Below are positions 14,991 through 27,389 of a stretch of DNA of 64,000 bases, piece by piece; position 1 is the stretch's first letter, and each line of letters starts with the position of its first letter. The position numbers and the translations under genes were made by a program. The DNA lies in the NCBI GenBank assembly GCA_964016885.1, contig OZ024743.1:31062001-31126000 (forward strand), read 5' to 3'. The notes below the pieces were generated by a model that ran no database searches, had not been told where the DNA came from, and saw nothing but the letters and a program-made list of their open reading frames with translations. Source of the DNA: Eledone cirrhosa (Eukaryota).

Positions 14991-16039
14991 CATGTGCCAC
15001 TCATCAGAGACAAAATGAAATTGTTCACTGAGAAGGTTATGTATATAGAGTTTGTTGATCTAGTGCACGGCACTGCAGTAGAGGTCTTGTGAGCTTTCTA
15101 GAATTAGTAGTTGGAACTGGATGGATGAAGAGGTGCAGTCATCATGCTTATGTCAGAATATTGACAGGCGGGGTTTAACAAAGAGCATTCAGACATTAAC
15201 ATATGACACTAGTTGGGATAGTGGATGAACGAGATGTACTTGATATGTATTCATTTTAGTTTATTGTTATTTATTTATGGCTTATTTCCCAGAGTTAACG
15301 GATAGTTCCTTATATATTTCCTCTCCTTAGTTTCAGTGTATCTTGTGTTTTATTACTTATTGGCGTCGTAGTGTCTATGCTGCTTGTTTATTCCAGTATA
15401 GATTCCTAGGTGTTTTATTTAGTTTATATTTCTTTGCGGATAGAATTCATTTAGATCAATATAATAGGTTGAATGTCACTTATTGTTTATATGTGATGGT
15501 TTTAAGTTTTGGAACCGTATAGATCTAACAAATTTACGGCGTGTAATCGGGTAATGATCCAAGTAAGATATTTATTTTCGAATAGTATGTCATGTGTAGA
15601 AAATCCTGACAATCTTTTGATGTGATGCCGGGCTGCTTTTATGTGGAATCCGGTGATTCAAACGATATAGATGACGGTTTCCTTGCAGATGAATTATTTA
15701 TATTAGTTGACTCTCATATAGGAGATGTTTCCTGTTTTCCTGCTTAGTTTCTCTAAGTTATTTGAAAAGTATTAAGCATGTTTTTACTTGTTATAGAAAT
15801 CTATGTTATCATATTCATTAAGTCAGTCTCAAATTTCTGTAATATTGAGTTGTGTGGCGAATATTTATATGATGTAAATCTGTAGAATTCTCCAAGATTT
15901 GGTTCTAGACATGTATTCACGCGGGTCTTTTTATCAACGTAGAAGGCCTCCGACCTGCCGAAACGCGGGTAAAATGATGGATAAAAAATAACTCTACAGA
16001 ATGTTAATAATAAAACAATTATCTTCTCATCACTATATA

Positions 16040-16230
16040 TATGCCAAACAATAAACAGAAATAACGAAGAAAAACGATAGAGTACAATAAGAGTCCTGGT
16101 AATTTTATGTTTGATATATTAGGAAAATAGTCGTAACGTTTCTGATGCTAGTCCATCATCAGAATATAGATTGCGAAATTAAATAACAAATACAAGGATT
16201 GAGGAGATGGAGAGCAGGGGCAGAAATTTA
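16040..16230 (-). repeat. pLTR-like fragment with minimal HHR core
   Basis: Minus strand: CTGATGA TGGACTAGCATCA GAAACGTT (16135-16162); stem I unclear. Confidence 0.4.
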
Positions 16231-16282
16231 TATATATATATATATAGAAGTATTTAAATGGTTACAGTTCAGTAAAAGGAAT

Positions 16283-16403
16283 TTATTGACACGTGTTTCA
16301 ATAACAGTTATATAACCTGAAAACAGCTGCTATCTACAAAGTATTAATTATGCAGACACTCAATATTTCAATGTTATTTTCAACTCCCATTTCATCAGAA
16401 TAA
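16283..16403 (-). ncRNA. Type I hammerhead ribozyme with 92-nt branched stem II
   Basis: Minus strand: TTATT CTGATGA AATGGGAGTT...AACTGTTATT GAAA CACGTG TC AATAA; perfect core, GUC site, perfect 5-bp stem I. Confidence 0.8.
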
Positions 16404-16851
16404 TATCATTGAGAACTTGTTTGGTTTTTATAGAGAATATTAAGAGGGAGGAGTGAAGTTGTTAGAAGAATAGTTAAGGGAGTGGATAGAATTTTTTGAT
16501 AGCAGTGGGTAATTAGATTCCCATCTGTTGTTTTGTTAGTTTAGTTTGACATTTTTATAGAATATTCATTATTTGGCGTTGGTTGTATTGGTTATTTTTC
16601 TAAATCTATACAAGGATTAGAGATAGTAAAGATATGCTTGGTTGGTTTTGTGTTTGCACTTAATTCACATACAGACTTAAATTTTTCTTTCAAGTGTAAG
16701 TATCCGTTCGCCCACACATAAATATATGCGTATATATACTTATGTTATTATAAAAAATACACATTCAAACACATACATATATGTACACCTCTACAAATAC
16801 ATACACTCACATACACATACTTGCATGTTCATACCTACATACATATATACC

Positions 16852-16903
<52 letters not shown>

Positions 16904-16993
16904 CATACGTACATACATACGCATTCATGTATATACACTTTCATACTCTACTTATCTTCATATACACACATATATACATACATATTTCTGTCC

Positions 16994-17028
<35 letters not shown>

Positions 17029-17354
17029 AATACACATGTACATGAATATACATACATTTAATTATACACATCAAACATATATATATACACTCACCCACTT
17101 ATATACACTCACCCACTTATTTACTTATTTATATACATTTTCACATATATACATACATAAGGTCGCTTTTAGACACTTTCATTATAGCATATTCGCACCT
17201 ATTTTCACCAGCGTATTTATCCATTATTAGTGTGATAATTTAAGGTTATTAATAGTACATATATATGTTGAGAACAGATTGTTTTTATATTTTTCTAACT
17301 AGATTGAGGATTTGTATTGTTGGGAGGGTGTCCCTCGTTTATGTAATATTCAGC

Positions 17355-17528
17355 TTGTAGTGGGAAAAAAGGGTTTTAGTTCGGTGACGGCAGAATAATG
17401 TAATAATGTAAATTATGTAATCTTGAGATTTATTACATAATCACACAGAAGAAGAAATTGTTTAATAACAGAATTGAGTGAACATTATTCTGCCGTCACC
17501 GAACTAAAACCCCTTTTTCCCACTACAA
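17355..17528. repeat. Inverted repeat, arms about 47 bp, spacer about 80 bp
   Basis: TTGTAGTGGGAAAAAAGGGTTTTAGTTCGGTGACGGCAGAATAATGT and its reverse complement at 17482-17528. Confidence 0.9.
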
Positions 17529-17954
17529 TATCCCACTTTTGTATCGGTAATTTATTCGGTCCTCAATGTTGCAATTGACTGACCACCGGTTAAAAATATT
17601 ACAGATACAATATAGACACAAACACATATATATAGTTTATCAAAGTTATTTCGTTGCACATCTGCAACATCGTCAGTGGTGCTATTGTTTCCTCCCGTCG
17701 CATTTTTTTTCTACGCCATCTTTATTTAGTCTGTTTATATTTATTTGTTTATTTTGTTTTGTCTTCTTTGCGCATGCGTTTGTGTGTGTGTATAGTGCTT
17801 CGTTTGATGTGTGTTCGTGATTGGGTGACTGTGTATTGGTTAATGTGTATTCTATCTTTACTAGTGTGTGTTTATGTGTGTTTATTGTTATTGTGCTTGT
17901 ATATGTATTTATTTATTTATACTTTTCTTACGTCAGTGCTGTTTGTTTGGTTGT

Positions 17955-20225
17955 TGTTGTTATTCCATTCATTCTTTCTGTTTAGCATTGGCCTTCTAAG
18001 TTCTATTTCACTGGCCTCTCTGATTTGCCTATCTGCGGGGTCATTTCTATGTTTAGATATTATTCAGATTTCTATGTTGTCTATGTTACCGTCGTGTTGT
18101 TGTCTGGCATGTTCGTATAGTACTGAACCGTATTTTCATCCTTTTAGTCCTCCCCCAGTGTTGGTCTATCCTTTCACCTATGCTACGAGCTGTCTCTCCT
18201 ATGTATGTTGTTGTCATGTTTCTGCAAGTACCCTATGTACATCTTATGCTATAGACTACGTTTCTTTCTAGTTTTACAGTTTATCTGGGGGTTTACGTTA
18301 CATATGATACATTTACTATTAGTACAGTGGATTTCTTAAAAGGGTAGGTTTTGCTGATCAGGGATTTTATGGTGGTTCCTGGCTTTTCTACCATCTTAAT
18401 CTTTAAGTGGGTATTTCTCAGGGCCTTTCTACACTGGTTAGCTAATTTCCCTCCAGGGGTAGCGTCCACAAACATGACACTCAGGTATCTCTGGTTGTCG
18501 TACCATGAGGTGGCTTTCCCTATCTTATGTCTAGCCCTATCTAAGCTATTCCATGATTTGCTCCTGTATAATGGGCAAATTCCTTTCATGTCCAGTTCTA
18601 TGAGGGTCTTATACTTCTCCATGGCTCCTTCGTATACTCTGACTCTGTCTCTTTGGTTGTAGCCAGAGAACTGCATGCGGTTTATGAACTGTTGGATGTG
18701 TCATTCCATTTCTGTTGGGTCGCACATGCGGACACATTCTTCATCACTCGTACCAAATCTGCGATCAGAATATTAAAGTTAGCACTACAGGACATTGCTG
18801 AGTCTTTGAGTATCAGGTATTTGGAGGCCATGGGTTTAGCATAGTGTGAGTGGAGAATTTGGGCTCTCTCGTCTATAGTGTTAATCCAGAGTTCAGTGTC
18901 TAATACAGGTAGTCAATTATTAGGGTGTTTGGAAGGGTAGTCGATAGTTACAGTTATACTCTGGTGTATCGAATTAGCTATCTGCTGGATGCTTTCCATT
19001 GTGCTACGTTCTAAATCAAACTTGTTAGTGCTCTCTAGTGAGGATCTTCTTATAACTATATTGATATCGTCGACGTAACAAGAGTAGATGATGAGGTCTA
19101 TGGAGCTCTTATTAAGGAGATCTTTAAGTCTCCTTTCCCACCATACCACAAAATATTTGGCAACATCACCAGCTATGCTGACGCCAATGGCTGCTCCCTC
19201 ATTTTGGGTGTAGATCTTCTCGTTGAACTTGAATATGTGGCCCTTTAGGGTAGGTTTGATACTAGCCCCTATTGCATGTGCGACCATTTTTCATACCTGA
19301 TCATTGTTTTGGGGGGTCCGTATAGCTTTGGTCCACCCAATCCACCTTCCCATCGGAGTCTTTTTAGCCATTGAGGTTATGGTGGGGGGGTCTACCTCTT
19401 ATGGGTCTACTGGGGCAGAAACGTCTATGGTCATGGCTGTCTAGGTAGTCAGTGTCGTAGGTAGTCTAAGTAGGAGGCCCAGTTCGTCTGTGTCGACGTC
19501 GCAGAACTCCACCTCACTCTCAATGATCATCTCCACACATTTTTCAACAGCAAAATAAATGTTAATGGATGGGTACAGTGATACCATATCCATGCTGCCT
19601 ATTAAGCAGTTCGATAGGTTCCTATTTTTGTTGCACTCACTGATTCTGCTGAGGAGTCCTCTGTACTGTCACATACATATGGGGACATCTTGATTATGGG
19701 GCGTATAACAATTGAGAGGAAGTAGGAGATCCTGTAGTTGCTAGCTATATTTGCTCCGCATACGGGTCTTGTTGGTTGTCCTGTTGTCGGGTCGTCGACT
19801 GTCTTGGGGTCTTTACGGAGCGCATACAAGGGTGGTATGCCATTGTTAGATGGCTGGAAGTTGTTGGCAGTGCGTCTGCTTGGTTTAGGATGTCGGTCCA
19901 CATCATCATGTGAGCGGAGTGTTTTCTCTCTCCATCATGTATTTGCTGTGCAATTTCGCTCGTGTTGGTGATGTGGGTTTGCATAGATTTGATGTAGTTC
20001 GGCATGCTATCTATTGACATCCTACCAGACTTATCCGTGGGTAGACATATTACCTCGCCATCCCTTGTGCGCTGCTTGAGGCTAAACAAGCCTTCTACAG
20101 GATTCCTCCCAAGTTTTTGGGCCTCTGGTCTGCTCTGTCTCTTAGTATACCGGTCTACTATTTGTCTAATCTTATTTCTAGCTATGGTGAACTGTGCCTC
20201 TGTCTCGTCATCTATTTGTTGTGGT
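17955..20225 (-). pseudogene. PLE RT + GIY-YIG pseudogene (Naiad-like)
   Basis: TDKSGR, LYALRKD, RPVCGA, GAAIGVSIAGDVA, YVDD, MQFSGY, VMFVDATPGG.LA, C..C..C, VVYSIRC..YIGETARS..ER..QH, RQIREA, LNRKNEW. Confidence 0.85.
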
Positions 20226-20520
20226 ATGCAAACAAACAACACTGACCTAAGAGCAGTATAAATAAATAAATAGATAAATAAATAAATAAATACATACACA
20301 AGCACAATAACAACAAACACATATAAACACACCCTAGTAAAGATAGAATACATTAACCAATATACAGTCACCCAATCACGAACACACATCAAACAAATCA
20401 CTTTACTCACACGCAAACGAATGCGCAAAGAAGACAAAACAAAATAAACAAATAAATAAATATATAAACAGACTAAATAAAGATGGCGTAGAAAATACCA
20501 TGCAACGGGAGGAAACAATA

Positions 20521-20565
20521 GCACCACTGACGATGTTGCAGATGTGCAACGAAAGAACATTGATA
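20521..20565 (+). ncRNA. HHR-like core in inverted pLTR (mirror copy 17638-17682, minus strand)
   Basis: CTGACGA T GTTGCA GATG TGCAAC GAAA; stems I and III pair poorly. Confidence 0.5.
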
Positions 20566-20767
20566 AACTATATATATATGTGTTTGTGTCTATATTGTAT
20601 CTGTATTATTTTTTAACGTTGGTCATTCAGCGGCAACATTGAGGACCGAGAAAATTAGATGACCGATATAAAAGACACAGAAGCGAAAAGCGAAAGCCAA
20701 CCAAACAGTGAGTGTGTTCTGTTATTAATTCTGGCAATATTACACAAATATGACCCTCCCCAAATAT

Positions 20768-20888
<121 letters not shown>

Positions 20889-21039
20889 TATATACACGGG
20901 TGTGTATGATTGTGTATAGAAGATTATATTAATAAGAGAAATCCAACTTTGATTCACTCGTTTTATTTACAATCCTTTAACATTTATAATGGTATTATAA
21001 TGAAATTGTATGATAGAATATTAAATGTTAAGTGTTAAT

Positions 21040-21078
21040 TGAACAACTACTTTCATGCTTTCGCAATCTTCAGGTTCA
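21040..21078 (-). ncRNA. Minimal hammerhead motif in 3' pLTR
   Basis: TGAAC CTGAAGA TTGC GAAA GCAT GAAA GTAG TT GTTCA; 5-bp stem I, GNRA-capped stem II, mismatched stem III. Confidence 0.7.
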
Positions 21079-21386
21079 TAATGTGTGGTGACAGTCAAGT
21101 TTGCAATTTTCAACTCTAATGAGATGGGTAAATTTTGCACCTTATATACAGTGAAAAGTGGCTCCAGAATGCTAAATCATGCAAACTGTATTTCGACCAG
21201 TCGGTGTGTAGTTTCACTGAATTACTAAAGCTGATTGGTTTAGGCGTCACGGGTGGTTGAGCATATCTAACGACCACTATTTGATCCTATCCAAAGCATC
21301 AATTGTTTTGCTATTTTTAGAAATGATAAAAATAGCATTTTCTAGTAATCATCACCATCGACATCACTTTTATTATTATTATTATT

Positions 21387-21575
21387 GCGGTGGATTGGCG
21401 GTATCGGTAGAGGGTCGGACGCCATGCTTTCCAGCATAGTTACGTCCCTTTACGATCTGAGTTCAAATCCCGCCGAGGTTGACTTTGCCTTTCATCCTTA
21501 CGGGGGTCGATAAAATAAAGTACTAGTAATGCACTGGGTAATTGCTGGCCTTGTGCCTAAAGTAGAAACAATTAT
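21387..21575 (+). mobile_element. SINE family A, full length, nested in PLE 3' UTR
   Basis: Near-identical to 611-797; lies in an (ATT)n tract. Confidence 0.85.
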
Positions 21576-21662
21576 TATTATTATTGCTGTTGTTGTTTTT
21601 AGTGGTCGTAGTCGACATGGTCGTAGTCATAATCATAGTAGAGGTATTACCCCTAAGCGTTA

Positions 21663-24180
21663 TTATTGTTCATTTAGCTTGGGTTTGAATTTATCAATAA
21701 CATTCTTTTCTTTGATTTTTCTCTTGATTTCACTTGGGCTGTGTAATTTGTAGAATGGGAATATTATAAATATTCCCTGACCACATGTTGCTAGATGGTT
21801 ACTTAGGGGTATCTGACGGACATTTGGGTCTCTGATTTGCTGACGGTGTACCCGTGCACGTTCCGATAGTCCATTACCAGTTTGACCGACATATAGTTCT
21901 TCACAATTCGGGCATTTAATGCAGTAAATTAGATTTCTGCTTTTGCAGTTCATATTTGCATTTGGGAATATTTTTACAGTTTTTGTTTTCATATATTGAC
22001 CAGCGTGTATGGATTGAGATGTGCCGCATCGACTATCATTGCATTTAGATACAGTGAATGGTTGGTCTTTGTTGTTAAGGTCAAACTTTGCTTTTTGTTA
22101 GTAATTGCTTCAAATTTTTCGGCTCTCTTTTTCTAAGAGTCGAAGATCGATCAGTGATTAAGCCTTTTAATTCATTACTTTGAGCAATGATCGGTAGGTT
22201 TGCTTTTTGCAGTGTTGAAGATATTCTGGTGACATGGGTTGTGTGTCATTATAAACCAGTTCTTGGTTTCTTCTTCCTTGGGTTGTCCTAAGTTGTTGTA
22301 TAGGTATTTTTATAGCCCGCTGTATGCCATTTTCTATAAGTAGAGGTGGGTATTTTTGTTTGAGCAAAAATTCTCTTAATTCCGTTAGGCGTTTGTACCT
22401 GGTATTCGTATCTTCTACAATGGTACAAATTCTTCAGGCTAGGCAGTATGGGATGTTGCGTTTTGTATGGGGTGGATGGCACGACTTAAAATTCAGATAT
22501 TAATGGGTGTCTGTGTGTTTATAATATATATCCGTGGTAATGGTGGTGTCGTTTTTGATTATCATTATATCTAGAAATGGTAATTTGGTCCTACTCATCT
22601 CTTTTGTGAATTGGAGAGATGGGTGTAGGTTATTCAGGAGGATATTGAACTCATCCAGAGTATCTAGAGATTCTGTCCAGATGATGAAACAGTCGTCAAG
22701 GTATCTCTTCCAAGATTTGTCAATGTACTTTCTAAAGTCAGTACTATATTTTTCCTGTATTTCTTGGTAGAGTTGTTGTTCTAAGTATCCCATTACAGAG
22801 TTCGCGTAAACGGCAGCAAACTTCGTTCCCATCGCTGTGCGTCTAATGTGGATGTAATTGAAGAAGAAAGTGTTGTTTTCCAGAACAAGTTCAACTGCGT
22901 ATAATATAAATGCCGCTGTGAATCTGATGGGAATCACTTCTCTATGTTTTTCCACCCAGTATTTAACCGCCTTTATTCCTAAATCATGTGTAATGTTGGT
23001 GTAAAGGCTTACCACATCAAAACTAAGTAGAAGTGAATTCGTTTCCGTGGTTTTTGGAAGATGGGACAGGAAGTCGATATCATCCCGCATGAAACTGGGT
23101 ATGTGAATACATAGTGGTTTCAAAATAATGTCAACAAAATTGCTTAGACGTTGGGTGGGGCATGTTGGACCAGCTATAATAGGTCTACGTTTTAAGTCTT
23201 TTGGGTGTAGTAATTTAATGTACTCACTGTTTTGTTCTCTTACGGCCAGTTGTATTTCTTTTGACTTATGAACTTTCGTTAGGCCATACAGGTTGCTGTG
23301 TTTTGGCTCAAAATTGGTGATGTATTCTCTTTCCTTATCAGTAAGTGAGTTGTGGTATTTTGAAGCCAGGTTGTTGATCTTCTTCGTGATATTGTGGTCT
23401 ATATTTGACGGTATTTCATGATAGAATGTTGTATCTTTCAGTTGTTCCTCAACCAAATTCTTGTAGTATTCAGCATCCATTATAACAACCGCAACCCCTT
23501 TATCTGCTTGTTATTATTGTTTTATCATTTTGTATACGTTTAAGTGCAGACATTTATGATTTGTTAATGTTTGGCCTAACATTAGTATTACGTCTAAGAG
23601 GAAATTCAGACAGGATGTCAATGTATTGGTCGAGACAGATATTTCTTCCTTTTGGCGGAGTGAAATTTGATTTATTCTTTACTAGTGATTCATCACTCTG
23701 ATTACTTTTATCAGCGAAGAATTCTACAAGACTTGGGTATCTTCCTTCAGTTCTTGGTGGTTGACTGTTGGAGTCGGTGTGAATTTCAGTCCTTTTGACA
23801 GAATTTGCATTTCATCATTGTCAAGATCTCTTTCGGATAAATTAATTATTTTAGGATCTACGTGTACAGATGTTTTGGGTATGTTTCCTCCTGGAGTTTT
23901 TCTTTTTACGGTTTTTGTTGTCCTGACGTTAAAAAATGGATTTTTCTCTGTTCAGGATTTATATTCCTGTTGGTGTTGGCTTGATGAACTTTTGGTCGTG
24001 ATATTATATTTGGTTTCGTTATGTATTTTGTCCTATTTTTGGTATTATGTTTATTATTTTTCCATTTCTTGTTAGCATTATTTTTAACAATCTGGGGAAA
24101 TGACCTAGGTTTGCTTTCAGGTTTAGATCGTTTTTTCGCCCAGTTTCTTGTGGGTAATCTCCGTTGAGATCTTGAGAGTG
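21663..24180 (-). pseudogene. PLE RT + GIY-YIG pseudogene (Neptune-like)
   Basis: ADKG, LYGLTKVHK, RPIIAG, SFDVVSLYTNI, TAMGT, WKRYLDD, LPFLD, KCNDSRCGT, NLIYCIKC..C..LYVGQTG..L.ER...H. Confidence 0.9.
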
Positions 24181-24243
24181 ATCTGGTTATTCTACGTTAT
24201 TCTACCAACTGGTGACGTTATTCTACCAACCGTGACCCCTAAA

Positions 24244-24303
24244 CCAATCAGCTTTAGTAATTCAGTGAAACTACACATTGGAGCCACTTTTCACTGTATA
24301 TAA
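24244..24303 (+). promoter_or_regulatory. Candidate Pol II promoter in pLTR (CCAAT + TATA) upstream of the HHR
   Basis: CCAATCAG at 24244, TATATAA at 24297-24303, HHR about 65 nt downstream; both motifs also present in the mirror pLTR. Confidence 0.4.
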
Positions 24304-24366
24304 GGTACACAATTTCCCCATCTCATTACAGTTGAAAATTGCAAACTTGACTGTCACCACACATTA

Positions 24367-24405
24367 TGAACCTGAAGATTGCGAAAGCATGAAAGTAGTT
24401 GTTCA
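24367..24405 (+). ncRNA. Minimal hammerhead motif in inverted pLTR
   Basis: Exact reverse complement of 21040-21078. Confidence 0.7.
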
Positions 24406-24517
24406 ATTAACACTTAACATTTAATATTCTATCATACTATTTCATTATAATACCATTATAAATTTTAAAGGATTGTAAACGAAACGAGTAAATCAGACAA
24501 AGTTGGAATTCCTCTTA

Positions 24518-24577
<60 letters not shown>

Positions 24578-24990
24578 CGAAAAAATGAAGATATATATAT
24601 ATGGATATATATATGGATATATATATATATATTTATCTGATATGTATATATATGTACAGAAATAGATTGCTAAATATAGCTTAACAAGGAGCCATATAAT
24701 TAGATAGATAGCTCGAAAGAGAGATAGAAAGAACAATTCAGAAAGAAACAGACAGATTGACAAACGCAGAGATAGATGAAAGATGCATAGATACGCGATA
24801 AGTCAAGTTGATACCACAAGTACGTATGTAGTCACGAACACACAGGGACAAATACACACACGTATATATATATTTATGAATAACAATATATATACACATA
24901 TATACATTTTATCTGGTCTTATCAAATGGCTGATTATGTCTTGTAAAAACTCCGATGGGGAGAGAGAGGGAGAGAGAGGGAGAGAGATAG

Positions 24991-25055
<65 letters not shown>

Positions 25056-25151
25056 GAGAGAGAGAGAGAGAGATGAGGAAGATGCTTTATTACCACTTTG
25101 CATGTTCTCGCAAAGTGAATTCAAGTATTTATCTATGTATATATATATACA

Positions 25152-25206
<55 letters not shown>

Positions 25207-25390
25207 GATAAATCTACCAAAATATACGGTAGTGTCCAATCCGTATGAAGAACTCAATGTAATCCAAATATCATGAAAAGAGAAGATACGTTCAAAAATG
25301 TTCGATGAAAATCATAGGAAAACAGAGTCAAGATAAATTAATGAAAACAATGAATAAAAACAAAGAACAAGTTCCTTATATTAAAAAATT

Positions 25391-25524
25391 CATCATTTTA
25401 CGATCGTTTCTAGGATATATATGTCTGTTGGTATGTATATCATATAGATCTATGCAAAAATATGACAAACTATCAGAGGAAATATCCATACCCTCACATA
25501 TATATGCTGTCTTCAGAAATTATG
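25391..25524 (-). ncRNA. Type I hammerhead ribozyme with 99-nt branched stem II
   Basis: Minus strand: CATAATTT CTGAAGA C AGCATATATATGT...ACATATATATCCT A GAAA CGATCG TA AAATGATG; GUA site. Confidence 0.75.
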
Positions 25525-25563
25525 AGATTTGTTTATTGAAAGAAAACAACAAAGATTTAATAT

Positions 25564-25751
25564 AATTGTTTCTACTTTAGGCACAAGGCCAGCAATTACC
25601 CAGTGCATTACTGGTACTTTATTTTATCGACCCCCGTAAGGATGAAAGGCAAAGTCAACCTCGGCGGGATTTGAACTCAGATCGTAAAGGGACGTAACTA
25701 TGCTGGAAAGCATGGCGTCCGACCCTCCACCGATACTGCCAATCCACCGCC
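25564..25751 (-). mobile_element. SINE family A, full length
   Basis: Reverse complement of 611-797; flanking duplication AAAGATTTAATATAAT. Confidence 0.88.
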
Positions 25752-27389
25752 CTTTAAAGATTTAATATAATAGGTCTGTTTGGGAACAGGTTGTGAATTG
25801 ACCAATAGAAAAGTAGTAGGAGGTCAAGTTGATAGAGAAGTAGTAGTAGAAATGTAATTTAGGGGTAGAGGTGTGCAGACTTATGTTTTGAATGAAAAGA
25901 ATACTTTGGGGATGAAAAGAGGGCAAGCGGTGAAGGGTACACGAACATTTGATGTTATTAAAGAATAGTGTTAAAAACGAAGGAAAGTAAAATTTTAGGG
26001 TAAGTGGGAAATACCAATCTTATTTAAACCAGAAGGAATCGAGATCTATAACAAGAAATTAAATCAATTGAGAGGTATATTTATAGGGATAAATTTATAT
26101 TACTTCATATGGATGTGATAAATAAGAATTAGATGTTATTAAAGAATGTTGTTAAAAACGAAGGAAAATAAAATGTTGGGATAAGGGTAGTAGTGAGAAA
26201 TACCAATCTCATATAAACTACAGGGAATCTATATTCATAACAGGAAATTAAATTAATTTATATCTATACTTTTAGGTATTAACTTTATGAAAAGAGAGCT
26301 GCAAGAGGGAAAGTAAGGTGTAAATTAATTAGGTTTATATTTGAAGGTTCTTCTAATTCTATGAATGCAAGATATAATTAATTCAGAGGGTATGTATATT
26401 TCTTCTGATAGTTTGTAATATTTTTACATAGATCTATATGATATACAGACCAACACACATATATATATCCTAGAAGCGATCGTAAGATGATGAATTTTTT
26501 AATATAAGGAACTTATTCTTTGTTTTTATTCGTTGTTTTTATTAATTTATATATATATATGTACAGTTCAAAAGTAGACCATTCTTAAATAGAGAGATAG
26601 TAGTAGGATAGGAGAGATTGGTGAAGGTATTTAAAGCCAAAGCTTAGAAGCGGGTGTTCGATGTGCAGTATGCAGTGGAAAGCAGTTGGAAAACTGGGTT
26701 TATGCGTAGATTAGGTTTACAGAGCTGGAAACATTCAGTAGTTAAGAAAACCATGACCACAAGCTCACATAGATACGTTAGTCGAAAAGTATTAAGGGCA
26801 GTTTATATTAAAAAAGGGGGGTAATAATGTCAGTTTACAATTTTTTCACTACTCCATATAATATTTCTGGATCAATCAATGGTAATATCGTTATTGATTT
26901 GGTGCAGAGAAAGATAATTAACATAGAATAATATTATGGAACAGCTCCTCAGACCTTGAAGTTAAATAAGGGAAATATTAATATGTATAAAGTAGAAATA
27001 AAATAAAATAAAATAAGAGGGTTACGTGTCCGTAAATAATCGTCAGATTAGCAGGTCCCTAGATGAGGTCTCTTGGCACTGGAAAATGCAAGTGTAGGCC
27101 ATAAAGAACCGTTACATATCTGTCGAGGCTGAAAGTAAACAATGCCGCCAAACGCACGACAAAATGGATTCTGGTAGGGAAATTACCTTATTGTACAGAG
27201 ATGGGTTTCGGGGGAGGTAACTCCTTGAATATCCAAATGCGACAATGAGAGTTGTAACTAAGATAATGCAAAAAGAGGCAGCTTATAGGTAAAGTTATAA
27301 TGAGATATGTGACTAAGATAATGTGATGGATGTAACCTGGTGGACTAAATATGTTTTAGTTTGTTAGTTATAGGAGGAGCGTGATTAAA

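Larger units (their letters stand above)
17533..20675 (-). mobile_element. Decayed, 5'-truncated Naiad-like PLE with inverted pLTRs (17533-17950 and 20228-20675)
   Basis: About 420-bp inverted repeats flanking RT-EN remnants; each repeat has CTGACGA-GTTGCA/TGCAAC-GAAA. Confidence 0.85.
20930..24518 (-). mobile_element. Decayed Neptune-like PLE with inverted pLTRs (20930-21252 and 24230-24518)
   Basis: About 290-bp inverted repeats with HHR; RT and EN remnants between them; TA tracts at both ends. Confidence 0.9.
25215..26552 (-). mobile_element. Non-coding PLE 3' end with inverted partial pLTR
   Basis: 25332-25495 is inverted at 26386-26552; internal repeat of about 180-bp period (25945-26270); HHR 25391-25524. 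Confidence 0.7.

Noticed and set aside
15180-16000. Possible old PLE N-terminal coding remnant with GCCGAAACGCG HHR-like end
   Set aside because: No diagnostic protein motif recovered and the core is incomplete
17654-18271. 205-aa hydrophobic plus-strand ORF and the N-terminal part of the 19745-20560 ORF
   Set aside because: Antisense or pLTR-derived low-complexity frames of the Naiad-like element
26850-27050. Minus-strand CTGACGA and CTGAGGA...GAAATATTATA as an HHR for the 27390-28380 element
   Set aside because: Could not build convincing stems I and II
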